Positions 26,101-38,723 of a stretch of DNA of 64,000 nucleotides are shown piece by piece. How positions within the stretch are numbered: position 1 is the stretch's first letter; every line of letters starts with the position of its first letter. Source of the DNA: Rhina ancylostomus (taxonomy: Eukaryota); NCBI GenBank assembly GCA_030265395.1, contig JARFYF010000072.1, positions 3,782,179 through 3,846,178 on the forward strand, read 5' to 3'. A program made the position numbers and the translations under genes. The notes below the pieces were generated by a model, which saw nothing but the letters and a program-made list of their open reading frames with translations, had not been told where the DNA came from and did not search any database.

Positions 26101-26971
26101 ATCATCTTTTCTGATATCCTTCAGTTAACTTAACGGCGATCGTGTTCCTGTCCCGGGGGTAATATGTGGTTTCTCCAAACGCATCACTCGCCAGCTGGTA
26201 GCTGTTGCGGCAGCAGATCTGATGGTCGTTGTCGTTGCTGCTTTTTAGATGATATTAATGATGTCTATTTGTTTGCTGATTTCTTGCTTACAACTCCGTG
26301 TCCTGTGATACTTGTCCTGAGTGTCGCAACCATAGACTTCCGTTTGGTTGACTGCTGTTTTCGCTTTTGATCGCTACGTTTCTATCTGCAGTCAAAAGCT
26401 GCGGAACAGATATTTCACCGAGAGAACAGCGGCTGTGGTGACAGCAACAGTCTGTGCAGCGGGCTTTGCTCAGGCTTTTCAAGTTTACTTTGCAGTGGCA
26501 TGGCGCTGTGTCGCCGCAGCTAACCACTTTACCTCGCTCCTGTGGAAAGCCTACGAGTAGTTTGACACTATCACAACACCGTTATTAACAATCTGTTTAA
26601 TTCTGCTCTTTAATGCTTTAACCGTCAGACGGATTAGAGCTACAAACTGGGACTCTGGAACAGCCGCGAGAACCCGAAGGATCCAGAGGTGCAGAACCGG
26701 AGAAAGTCGATGATTTTGCTGTTCGCTAGATCAGCTAATTTCATTTTACTATGCCGTATATTCTATGAACTGGCAATCTGAAAACTATTCCTACACAGGC
26801 AGATCTCAGAGCACGCCGACATATATCCTGCAACACTTTGGGTTCATGTTGCAGATTCTCAGTTGCTGCACGAACACATGTATCTTTGGACTGACACAGA
26901 GAAAGTTCAGGGAAGAGCTAAAGAATGGAATGAAAGATCTGTTTACGTTAAACTAGTAGCTCTGTAAATAA
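23141..26971 (+). pseudogene. GPCR copy 6: exon 1 23141-23209, exon 2 26125-26971, pseudogene
   Basis: Exon 1 MRYPAIHDIVRIY... is 69 nt (1-nt deletion) then GTAAGG; acceptor cttcag; FAFDRYVSIC and CTNTCIFGLTQRKFREELKNG; several frameshifts and stops. Confidence 0.88.
24430..25290 (-). mobile_element. 5'-truncated CR1 LINE inserted in the intron of copy 6
   Basis: ISKFPDDTKIGG...WQMEFNADKCEV...LYSLERRRMRGDMIEVYK on the minus strand; tail gaaaccatagaaaactac; intron homology resumes on both sides. Confidence 0.92.
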
Positions 26972-27214
26972 AATGTAAACCCGATTCGTTGATCTTTAAA
27001 ACAATTAATCGCAAGTCTCTATTTTTTTGCAACTTCGTTGTGTACTGTTTCAGAACCTATTGTATAATTGATTCGCTTTAATACCGCCATGGGTATCAGC
27101 CAAATAGGAAACAACAAGAAATTAGGATGCCTTTATCAGTCACATGTACGTCGAAATGCGCAGTTAAGTGCATCTTTGCGTCGGGGGTTCTGCAAGCAGA
27201 CCACAAGTGTCGCC

Positions 27215-27558
27215 ATGCTTCCGGTGACAATACAGCATGCTCACAACTTCCTAAACCCATAGCTTGCCCACAACGTCCTTATCCGTACGTCGTTGAAATG
27301 TGGGAGGAAACCGGAGCATCCGGAGGAAACCCACGCAGACACGGGAGAACGTACAAACTCCTTGCAAACAGTGGCCGGAATTGAACTGGAATCGCCGGCT
27401 CTGTAATAGCATTGTACTAACCGCTACACTGCCGTGCTAATTCAATTTAACATAATTGATATCTTCATTACATGATTATTTATATCATAATATGCGGACG
27501 GAATTGAACCTGGTTGCTGGCACTGTAAAGCGTTAGGCTCACCGCTACACTACCGTGA
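27215..27558 (-). mobile_element. HE1/V-SINE (27215-27438) plus a second tRNA-related SINE head (~27494-27558)
   Basis: Reverse complement gcacggcagtgtagcggttag...gttcaattcc...gttctcccgtgtctgcgtgggtttcctccggatgctccggtttcctcccaca. Confidence 0.8.
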
Positions 27559-29284
27559 CCAACCGAGCTCGCCGTTTTTTATGAAAAGTTTTAGTCGGAC
27601 AGGAAATTATATTTCAGAATTATGGATGGAATCTGAACCTATGAAATATTTATCAAAGTAAGGGATGCATATCAATTTTCTTTATTTAAGGAAGGACTAT
27701 TTCAACGTTCATGTATGTGAAGTGTGTTGGCCAAATTGACCCATGCCATACTTTGAAGCACTGTTCTCAGTCTGTGTGCACAATGCATTCAGCTGCCTGC
27801 GACATCAATGTCTGTGCGGAGATTCATAGGTGGTTCTCGGATATGTCTGGACTTGTTGATATCACGAGACAAGCGGGGGTGAAGCAAACCTCTGTTGTTT
27901 TATATCTCAACAACCCTTGTTTGCCCCTTCCAGTTCTAAACCCATCTCAAAGACAAGACGGTGGATGAACTATCACCTGTGATGAAGGCTTGTATTTCCT
28001 TTCACCTGCGACATTAAACTCCTTTCATCCTACTAGTAAACGGGACAACAACAATGTTCTAATTCATCGGTAGTTAATGACATTTAGAAAACCCCAAAAT
28101 TGGACAATTGTCAAAGACCAGAGGACATGCGAAGAGTCGTAGTGTTGCAGGGACTGCAGTGAATAATGATATGTTATTTAACCGGTGAATAGTTACAATC
28201 TGGAATACACCACTTGAGGGAACGTGTACTCTCAGCATTTCAGACATCTCGACGAACACTTGAATCGGCAAGGCAGACAAGGCTACGGAGCAAGTGTAGC
28301 GAATTGGGAGAGTCTCAGATTGGTGATGGATAGTCGGCGTTGGTATGTGGGCTGAAGCGCCTCTTTCCGTGACGCATGGCCATTTGATTCAATGATGTCA
28401 GCGAGGGCAGTCTCCTCCGCCGGTATGACACACACGACGGACAACCTTTCCTGAAAGTGGTCTGTGATGCAGGCTTGGTGAGCGTTCTGCTTCAGCTCTG
28501 ATCTGTGATAGAGATACACGGTGCATAGCCTGTTCTGCCTCTGGTCTCCAGTGTACACATCGTGTGCCAGGTCTGCTTTACCTCTGGTTACTCATTTCAA
28601 TGTGGTGAGAGAGCTTGTTTCTCTTTGGTGCCTGTAAATCTGACAAACGGCTCGCCTTAATGATCTGACGGTCTCCATCTGACAGACATTTAACGAGTTC
28701 CCCTTCCAGTAAGACACAGACACTTGGTTGAAACATAGAAGGAGCAGTTTATATTAACAGGATCAAAGAACATTCGGTACGGACTGCGGAACACGTTCTG
28801 CTTTGCAAATCGCCGCTGCATTCAAAAGAAATGTTGCTTATATTCAGATGAATTCACACGTCGTGGATCAGTCTTGTATTCCATACACTTTGCAATTACA
28901 AAGGACATTCAACAACCAATATATAAACAAGGATGATATCTTATCTCAAAAAATTATTCAAGGTCTTATCTCATTATTGACGGACTAAAGGAATAGCAGA
29001 ACAGTTAAATACATCAGCTGCTTACATCGTCACCGCCAGAATTATCAATGAAGTCAGTATTGGTATTGCTGTGAAGGTGCGAAAAACTTTGCTTAACCCT
29101 CATTCGCAAATGTATAACCATAGATTAGCCACTTGTGGAATATATTGCGCAATTACGGTGGGCGTATTACAGGACGGATGTGGANNNNNNNNNNNNNNNN
29201 NNNNNNNNNNNNNNNNNNNNNNNNNNNNNNNNNNNNNNNNNNNNNNNNNNNNNNNNNNNNNNNNNNNNNNNNNNNNNNNNNNNN

Positions 29285-30838
29285 TCCTGAGGAAGTATCC
29301 TGACTCCAGTCTTGTATCAGTGTGTCGCATTTGGGTTCTCTGTGAGTTTGCTCCGGATCAATATTGTGACAATATGCACTACATATACTGCTCTTCCTTC
29401 ATCAATGTGTTTTGTCACATCCAGAAAAAATTAAATCAGGCTCCTAAGGCAGGATATGCCCTTGAGAAAGCCATGCTAACTATTTGTAATCTCTCCAAAT
29501 GTTCATAAATCCTGCCTCAGGATCCTCTCCATCATCCTACCAAACACTGAAGTAAGAATCACAGGTCAATAATTTCCTGGGACATCTCTACTCCCCTTCT
29601 TGAAGAAGGGAACAACATCCACAACCCTCCCATCCTCCGGAACCTCTCCGTCCACAAGGATGATGCAAACATAATCTCCAGAGGCTCAGCAAACTCATCC
29701 TTCGCCTCCCACAGAAGCCTGGGGTACATCTCATCCGGTCCCAGTGACTTATTCAACTTGATGCTTTCCAAAAGCTCAAACACACCCTCTGAAGCAATAT
29801 CTACATGCTCAAGCTTTTCAGTCTGCTACAAGTCATCGCTACCGTTCCTTTTCCATTGGGAATACTAAACTAAAATATTAGTTCAGTCCATCTGCTGTTT
29901 CCTGCGGATCCATAAACACTTTCCATTGTTACACTTGATTGGTCCTATTCTTTCACGCCTTATCCTCTTGTTCTTACCGTACTTGTAGAATGCCTTGCGG
30001 TTTTGCTTAATCCTTCCTTCTCATGGCCCCTTCTGGTTCTGCTAATTTCCTTCTTAATTTAATTCCCGTTAGCCTTATAATCTTCCAGATCTCTAGCATT
30101 ACCTCGCTCTCTGAACCTTCTGTTAGCTTTTCTTTTCTTCCTGACTAGAACTATTACAGCCTTTGTGAAACACGATTCCTGTACCCTATCATACCTACCT
30201 CACTGGAACGTACCTATGCAGAACTGCACACAAATATCCCTTGAACATTTTCCACATTTCTTCCGTACCTTTCCATGAGAACGTCTGTTTCTAATTTAAG
30301 CTTCCAATTTCCTGCCTGAGAACCTCATGATTCCCAGTACTCCGATTAAATGCTCTTCGAACTTGTCTGTTCCTGTTTCTCTCCAATGCTATTGTAAAGG
30401 AGATAGAATTATGATCACGATCTCCAAAATGCTCTGCCGCTGAGAGATCTGACACTTGACCGCGTTCATTTCCCAAAACCAAATCAAATACATTCTCTCC
30501 TTTTGAAGGCCTATCTGCATATTGTGTCAGGAAACCTTTCTGAACAATCCTAACAAACCCACCCCATCTAAACCCCATCTCCACGGAGACGTCAATCGAT
30601 ATTTGGGAAGTGAAAATCTCCCATCACTACAACTCTGCTCTTATAACACCTTTCCAGGATCTTTTTCCCTATCTGCTCCTCGATAGTCCTGTTACTATTG
30701 GGCGGCCTGCAAAATAAAACATGCATTAAAGTTATTGACCCATTCCTGATCCTAACCTCCACCCAGAGAGACACCGTAGGCAATCCCTTCATGACGTCTA
30801 TCTTTCTTCAGCCGCGACACTATCTCTGATCAACAGCG
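29285..30838 (-). mobile_element. CR1 LINE ORF2 fragment (endonuclease to RT N-terminus)
   Basis: RPPNS...VVVMGDFHFPNID, DLVLGNE...EHFGDRDHN, KSLGPDEMYPRLL. Confidence 0.9.
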
Positions 30839-31759
30839 TACTTTCATAGAACATTTGATTGGCCACAAGTCAGTATTCTGTTCAAAAACGATATAACTCA
30901 AGACGCTGAAAATATGAATTACAAACAGAAAGATCTGGAAAGGCGGTATCGGTGGAAAGAGAAACAGTAATTAGTTTAGAGACAACCTGGGGTAATCCAG
31001 AATAGAAATAGAAATAAAATCTCCGGTAAAAAGCAGGAAAGGGCACCGATCTGTTGATCGATTTACCAGGAAAAGGAGAGGGGAGGGAATCCCACCCTGA
31101 ACTTACTGCAGGAAATAGCGATGTAATTTTGTCTTAGACTGAACGCCTAACTCGACTATTATAGAAAAATAATATATAAAATGTGTACGGCAATAACAAG
31201 TCTACTGTGCTGACACTCTGGGTCTCATATCTTGCAGTTCCTGATGTACTGAATTATAACTGCAAATTGGGAAGGCTGGGCTTCAGAACTCGATCAAATG
31301 TTTTAAAGGGGCAGAAATATTCAATGCCATAACACCACGGAGAAAGACATTCAGGAACCGAGTGGCCTCCATTGCCCGTCTGATGCTTAAAGTGAACCAA
31401 AGAATTGTGAAGGGCGTGATGAAGATGCTCCTGCAATGCTTTCCCGCGCATTATTTCTCAGTCCGTTACAGTTTCTCTTCAGCGCAGTTGATGGTCCGAT
31501 CTCCCAAGACGAGGTATCGTGATTATTCAGGCAGGAGTTGACACCTGCAATAGGTAATGAGCTATAAATAGTTTTCTGTAATTTACATCTGCTATTAATA
31601 TCAAATAGATCATTTCAGCGATATGTAGCTGACCTAAAAATTAAGCCGGACTCCCGGCCAAGCTGCAAGCACAAGAAAGGGCTCAATGATGTTAAAAACT
31701 TCACATCCCTCAGGACACACAGTTGACATTATGTTTCTGTTGCTGGTCCTGTTTAATGT

Positions 31760-33360
31760 CTTGTCAATGCTGACACCCTGAGTTTTGAGTTTCGGGTGCT
31801 CATCGAGAGCAAACAGTTGAATGTCTATATTAAATGGTTAGCCCCTCCCTTGTTGGAGATGATCACTGCCTGGAACTTCGGTTGAAGACATGGAATTAAT
31901 GATCATAAAATAATCAGAAAACATTCCCACTGCCGAACTTTTGATGGAAGGAATGTCGCCGGTTGAGCAGCTGAATGTATGTGGACTGTGGGGCAGTTTT
32001 GAGGACCTTCTGCGGTGATATTTATGGGCTAGGATGATAGCCCTGACGACCAGCACAGGGTAAAATTGTGCGCGATGTTGACACCAACTAACAGGTGTTT
32101 TCCTTTAGTTCCCGTTCAGTTCAGTTTAAATAATGTTTGTTGTTGCCACGCTCCGTCAAAGGCTGCATTTATTTCAAGCCCAGATTCCCATTAGAATGAA
32201 CCAGACGAAGTCACGTTGGAAACAGTGATGGCATTGTTGATCTTCCAAAATTGTTTTGACATTGGAACATTTCCTGCAGACGAGTTATTTGCAAATTATG
32301 TGCCAAAGTTTATGAACCGAAAGAAGGAACTAATCTCGCTCAAAGTACAACATCAGACGTGTGGGAAGGCCTGTAATCGAATATACAAGGCAAAATAGCA
32401 GGATAAGTAGAAAGCATTGAGGGGACTGGAAGAATTTAGCATGGGGTGAAAAGCATACATAACATATCAACTGGCTCACGTTGGAAAACAGATGCATTGG
32501 AAAACAGGATATTGGCGAGCCAGTAGATAGTGTTTGGATTTTAGAAGACATATGATATGTTCCTTTGATCCCAGAATTTAAAAAAAAACAAATTGGGGGA
32601 AAATATGCAGACATATGAAAGTTTCAGCAAAGCTTTCTTCCAGATGGCGGGTCCTGGATCCTGGAAAAACGCAGGGAACGGAGCTGCGGCACCAGCTGGT
32701 CACAATGTACGTCAATGACTTGGCTGAGTGAAATACATATGAAATCTCCAGTTTTGTGAATGATGCAGTTTTGGTCATGGACTTCAACAAAAGGAGATGG
32801 AAGCACCGCTCAGCGAAGGCACAGCAACAGCACAGTGTGTGTGAAAAGAGTCTGGATCCACCATTCTGTCACCAACTCCACCCTCCCACTCCGATCTGTC
32901 AACATCCTCTGCACTCTCTGTATTCTGCCCGGCTTCCGAGTGTACACACGTTCTGATCGCTCACCTTCATTCTTTATCACCTAAATCTCGACATCAATTC
33001 CAATGGGAACGGTGTCCCTCTTTGTCCTCTCGACTTTTTCCCGCTATAACTTTAAATACCTCCAACAGATCTCCTCGATACTATTCTCTTCCAAGAAGAA
33101 GAGAACAGTATTTCCCAGTTTATCACATCACTAATGACCTTCACCCGTGGATTTATTCCAGTGGCTAACTCCTGCACGTTCTCGACACACTTTCCAGCTT
33201 TGCTGAAACACTTCATTCTATCGTGCTATTGTTTTACCTTGTGCTACCGCAATACACTGATGTGATCAAGTTATCAGTATAGATGGCATGCATAAAAACT
33301 GTTTTTTTCTTACATTGTGCCTCGGGGCATGTGGTAATAATAAAACAAGTTCGTAATTTA
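31760..33360. mobile_element. Mixed decayed LINE fragments (CR1 on both strands, plus a LINE 3' tail)
   Basis: Degenerate ttccaaaattg...ggaacatttcctgcagac and other RT-like segments; 3' tail ending gtaataataaaacaa. Confidence 0.5.
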
Positions 33361-34399
33361 CCAAGTCCAGGACCCAGATATGAAGACAATTCTCCAAGAA
33401 TAACAGGAAATTATGGAAAAAAAGATCAGCAGATCAGTAAACATTTGTGTTCAGTTAACACTGTTTCTCTTTCCACAGACCTTGAGCGAACTGATGCGTG
33501 CTTCTATCACTGTTTCTTTTGATTTTAGATTTTCATCATCTGTAGTATTTTCTTCAATTTTCGGCAGAACTGTCCAGTTGTAGGGGAACAGTGTTAACAA
33601 CGACTTTGTCGGTCTTGGTGTGATTGCTTCTAATTATAAAGATTAGTACTCTGTCCACCCGATTCCTCAGAAATACTGATCTATGGAGATGCTTGCTTGC
33701 GTTGATCAATGGTACTCTGGTGTTGGTACTCTGCACTCAGAGCAGTTCATTCCCTCCATGGTAATTTGCACTGAATTAGGATGCAACCTTTACCAAGTTA
33801 TCCATTTTACGATGAACTTTGATCTGGTTTGTCCATCTGGCAGACTGTGGTTCTGCAGGTCATTGGAATGTCTTTCAATATGTTCCCGGATGTATGTGGG
33901 TATCCCATTGTGCTGTCTGTTGGATTCATTCTACCTCTGTGAATGTCTGGTAAATTGGGAGACTGCGAGTAAAATTGATTAAGTTACTTAAAATTACTGA
34001 GGGCACGGAAACAGCAGGAATGGAGCGGCAGTACCCTTTGGCGGTGGGGTCGAGAACTGGGGGACATGGAGTAGAGGAAATGTTTCAGCAAATGAACAAA
34101 TCAATTGGTATGATGAACACGGAAGGAACAGGGGACGTGACCGATGATAGAAGGAGGAATTCAAACGTCCAGAGCACGCACAAGCACATTTAAAATCTGT
34201 AAAGATATGTAGAAAGCCAGGGTCGGTCAAAGGTTAAAATGACGATGATCCTTTGTAACGGAGAGTTTCGCTCAGACTCTGAATGAAGACATGATATCGC
34301 TCTTGGAAGAAGAAGAGGACAGATCCATGACGAATGGACCGAGAGTTAAGAGAGATTCCACAGGGTAAAAATAGACAGCGGCTGCTGAATAAACTGATG

Positions 34400-35345
34400 T
34401 ATGGACATATTTGGATGTGTGCTAGTTTGCTATGTCATCTGGAATAAAATGGGGTCAGAAAGCTATCCTGCTCCATTCATCGAATTACCTGGAAAAGATG
34501 CGCTTCGACAATACCATCTCGGGTCCACAAGGGAAGCTTGGATGTCCTGAGAAGTGATGAACTTATTCAAGAAGAAAAAGGTTCTGTCTGTAGAGCTTTG
34601 GATCAGGAAGAACACGTGAGAACTATAAAAGAGCAAGTAATGAACTCAAAGAAGGAATTAGGAAAGCCAGGAGGGTCCATGAAAAGTCCCTAGCAAGTAG
34701 GATTAAGGAAAATTCAAAGGCATCCTGTACCTTTGTAAGGACTAGGAAGATAACGAGGGAAAGGGAAGGACCACTGAAGGATAAAGAAGCGAATCTATGT
34801 TTGGATGCAGAGGATGTGGGTGAGCTTCTGAATGAGCATTTCCCTTCAGTATTTACCCAGGAAAGGGACATGCAGGACGCAGAAATTGGAACGAAGGGCG
34901 CAAACATGTAAGGACATATAGATTTCAAGGTGCAGGTAGTGATAGTTCTCCTAAACAATATCAAGGTGGATAAGACCAGAGGACCCGTTGGGATATACCC
35001 CAGGTTACTGAGGTAGGCAAGAGAGGAAATAGCTGGGGCCTTGACCAATATTTTGTGTCTTCTTTGACCACGGGTGAGGACCCGAAGAACTGGCTTGTGG
35101 CGAATTTTGTTCCTCTGCTTAACAAAATAACAAGGGAAAATTCAGGGAACTGTAGACCGGTAAGTCTCAATACATTTACAGGGAAAATGCTGGAGAAAAT
35201 TCTTGGAGATAGGACATACGAACATCTGAAACCCAATGGCCTAATGAGGGAAAGACAGCATGGCATGTGCGAGCATTACTTACCCGGTTGAGTTTTTTTG
35301 ACAAGGCTACACGAGATATTAATGATTTAGAGAAGTGTATGTCAT
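34400..35345 (+). mobile_element. CR1 LINE ORF2 fragment
   Basis: LNEHFPSVFTQE, GIYPRLL, WLVANFVPL...GNCRPVSL...GKMLEKI. Confidence 0.85.
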
Positions 35346-35346
35346 T

Positions 35347-35551
35347 TGTTACGGACTAGGTTACAATTAGTGAGGTTTCTTTAAGATTTTGTGTGTGGGG
35401 GGGGCGTGCTTACGTCAACAGAAGATAAAGAACGTCATGCCGTTGTTGTTGAAACAACCAGTTGGAGTCAGTCTGAAGGAGAGAGAGAGACACCAGCCTG
35501 CTTGTTTTCTCTGTCGATGGATGAGAAACAATAACTGTGACTGTCACTGCA
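35347..35551. mobile_element. Probable LTR terminus interrupting the CR1 copy
   Basis: CR1 homology stops abruptly at TGTTACGG, a typical TG LTR start; runs into a gap. Confidence 0.4.
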
Positions 35552-36529
35552 NNNNNNNNNNNNNNNNNNNNNNNNNNNNNNNNNNNNNNNNNNNNNNNNN
35601 NNNNNNNNNNNNNNNNNNNNNNNNNNNNNNNNNNNNNNNNNNNNNNNNNNNCTGACACAAAGACTCCGCCCTGAAGCTTATACCTGTTCACCTTTCCACA
35701 CATGCTGCCTGGTCTGTTGAATGTCTCCAGTATTTCAAGACTTTATGTTCTGCTGCTCCTTTATATCGCCCTTTCCGCCTTCTCCATCTCTGCCTGTCTG
35801 TCTCTCTTTGCCTGCCTGTCTGTCTGCCCGCCGTACGTCTGTCTCTCTCTTCCTCTCCCACTCTATCTCCATGAGTGCCCTTTATCTTCGCTTTCTCCCT
35901 CTGGCTCCCCGTCTGTCTGCATTCGGTAACTCGCCCTGTTTCCCAGATGTACCTGACCGTGAGACCCCCCCCCTCCTCAGTCAAAGATATCTCACGTATT
36001 TAGCGGTATTTGCAACATGCAAATACAAATCTTTGAATTAAGTTTGATGAACAGGATTAAACTGTTGTATAAATGTTGATAAACCAACATTAAATCTCCC
36101 TGCAGCTTCCTCTGTTTCAGAGAAAAAGTAATACCACCATTTATTTTTTCCCCCACAGCTGGAGTGTTCCAGAGTTGGAAATATCCCCACAAATCTCTTC
36201 CTCCATCACAACAGTCTCAGCTGTTCGGTTTGAGGGCCATGGTCATAGAGTCATCGAGCACAGAAACAGGCCCTTCAGCACCCTGGGTCCACTATTCATT
36301 CACCCACTTACACAGGTCCCATTCTATTCTCCCCACATTCCCAGCCACCCCTTCCCCATATTCTACCACTCACCGACACACTATAAGCATTTCAAGGTGC
36401 CAATTACCCTACCGACACATGTCCTGTTCTACCTTGGAAATACTCTCGGGTGTTCCTGGTTGCTGCTAATATTCTGACAGCTGACAAGAACAGGATGGAC
36501 CGAATAACCTCCTCGCTGAGTTGTAAAAC

Positions 36530-36770
36530 AAAAATAGATCACACTGTAAATACCGAGCAGGCCAGGCTGCATATGTGGTAAGAGAAAGAGAGCGACCGCT
36601 TCAGATCAAACACCCCTCGTCAGAACTGAAAAGGGGACAAAAGATGCAGGGAGGGATTTGAGCTGAAGCGTTAACTCCGTTATCCTTCCCATGGATGCTA
36701 CTTGGTCTGCTGAGTATATCCACATTTCTGTTTTAGTTTATATATCCACTATCTGTTTTATTTTCACTCA
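36530..36770. repeat. Imperfect hairpin (foldback) element of the gagcaggNcaggcagcatctgtgga...tccacagatgctgcctgacctgctgag family
   Basis: Arms 36552-36610 and 36660-36730 are reverse-complementary; other copies or half-copies at ~11030, 13465, 20900, 30900, 33450, 35655, 37560. Confidence 0.65.
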
Positions 36771-37872
36771 GTTTCAGAGATAAAACTTGACCATTTGCTC
36801 CGGACTGGATCTTCTGGCCCAGAGCGTGTGAGGAGCAATGGGATCACCTCTCAGTCACTGAACCCTAGAGAGTGTCGGACACGGTGATGAACCTCTCCTC
36901 ACAGTACAGACCCGGTTAACCATTGCTGTACTCCCTCGGTCACAGGCGTGTCCTTCCTCAGGTAGGGGCTGGACCTGCACACAGGATCTCCCCGCGTCAA
37001 AGGGCGGTGGAAGCAGAGATGTGGATACATTTAAAGACCAACATGGATACATAGTCAATCATCCAGGGGTGGAAGGTCCCTGGGAGAGACGGGAATGTGG
37101 AGCTCAGTATCCAACCAGATTAACCGTGACCTCACTGAGTGGCCGAGTGGCCTTCTCCTGACCCTGATTCGCATATCCGTGTATCCCAGGTGCCGTCTCA
37201 CCAGGGCTCTGTTATAATTCCAGTGAGACGTGGTTCCACCGAGGCACAAACACTCTGCAATGAGTATCACTCTGCAATGAGCCTTCCCACTTGCTCACCA
37301 ACCTTGCATGTCAATTTTCAGTGTGTAGTGTACAGAGACACCAGGGTTCCTCAGAACACCAACCGCGTTCAATCACTCACCATTAAATAGGAGCCCTTTT
37401 CGGAGCAGCATGCCACCATTTTCCACATGACATTCCACACGCCGTGTCTTCACCCATCCCCTTTGCCTGTCGAAATCCCCCTGAAGCCTCTCCGCAACCC
37501 GCACTGACACCGGTTTTGTGTCATCAGCAAACCTGGATATATTGTGCGTGAAAGTCAAACACACTGCAGATGCTGGAAATCTGAAGCAAGATCAGAAAAT
37601 GCTGAACAGGCAGCATCTGTGGAAAGAGGAATAAAGGGAACGTTTTATTTGAAGACACCGCACTTTCCAACCGGAAACATTTACTCAGTTTCTTTCTCCA
37701 CTGATGATGCCCGACTCGCCAAGTGTTTATATTTTTCTTCTGTTTTATATTGTACGTGGCTCCCTGATTCAACACTTTGACTTAGATTGTGAAAAGTCGG
37801 GTCCCAGCACCGGTCCCTGGTCACCACCTCCCAACCCGGGAACAGCCCATTTATTCCCACTTCCTTCAGGGT

Positions 37873-37946
37873 GTCTCTCTGGCGCAATCGGTCAGCGCGT
37901 TCGGCTGTTGACTGAAAGGTTGGTGGTTCAAACCCACCCAGGGACG
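37873..37946 (+). tRNA. tRNA-Asn(GTT), near-intact, probably pseudogenised
   Basis: GTCTCTCTGGCGCAATCGGTCAGCGCGTTCGGCTGTTGACTGAAAGGTTGGTGGTTCAAACCCACCCAGGGACG; C:C mismatch in acceptor stem, G at 37; T4 run downstream. Confidence 0.8.
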
Positions 37947-38651
37947 CTGGCGATCCGGCAGCTTTTGCTGTGCGTGTCATTGTCAGCTGGGTAACACTGC
38001 GCTGTCCGGAGGCGGGCGCTGCCTGCTGCTGCCTCACTGGGCTCGGTGGGATCCACCCCTGCGGGGTCTCACGTCCGGAGTCCGGGTGTTCCACTTCGCT
38101 TTCACCCGAGTTTCATAACGCATTGGAACTAATCCCGGCATCTCCACGCTGGTGACAGTGGAGTTGAGCAATGATGGGGATTTCTTGGAGCCGCTGTGAA
38201 ATCCCGAGTAGCTGAGAGCTGATATTACACACACACTTCATACCTCAGTCTCACGCCGCCTGCACACAGTACTGCCACAGGTCGGTTCCATCGACCGTGG
38301 ACTGCAGGGAAGACGATCACCTGACCTTGTAACGTCTCCGTTGCCACAAACATCAGCATTGCAGAAATTAACAATGGAACACTCATTTCTGATATGTCGG
38401 AAGCGAGGTATCCAACTAGGTCGGAGCAAAGTCCGCACAGAGATAATAACCGGTTGGGATAGAAAGTAAGACACATTTAGGGGAGAAAGGGAAATATGTA
38501 AGAGAGAAAGAGGCGGGTAAGTCAGGAAAGAAAGAAAAGTCAAGTCAGGTAAGGGAAAGGATATGACTAGGGTAAGAGAATGAAAAATGAAAAGAACGAA
38601 GGGAATGAGCAACATTCACAGCAGAGAAACATAACACTATGTTTATCCAGC

Positions 38652-38723
38652 AGCAGAGTGGCGCAGCGGGAGCGTGCTGGGCCCACAACCCAGAAGTCGA
38701 TGGATCAAAGCCATCCTCTGATA
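38652..38723 (+). pseudogene. tRNA-iMet body with anticodon CAC
   Basis: AGCAGAGTGGCGCAGCGGGAGCGTGCTGGGCCCACAACCCAGAAGTCGATGGATCAAAGCCATCCTCTGATA; six differences from the vertebrate initiator tRNA as I recall it. Confidence 0.85.

Noticed and set aside
31330-31553. Possible exon on the minus strand after cctattgcag
   Set aside because: Stops in all frames examined and no recognisable protein motif
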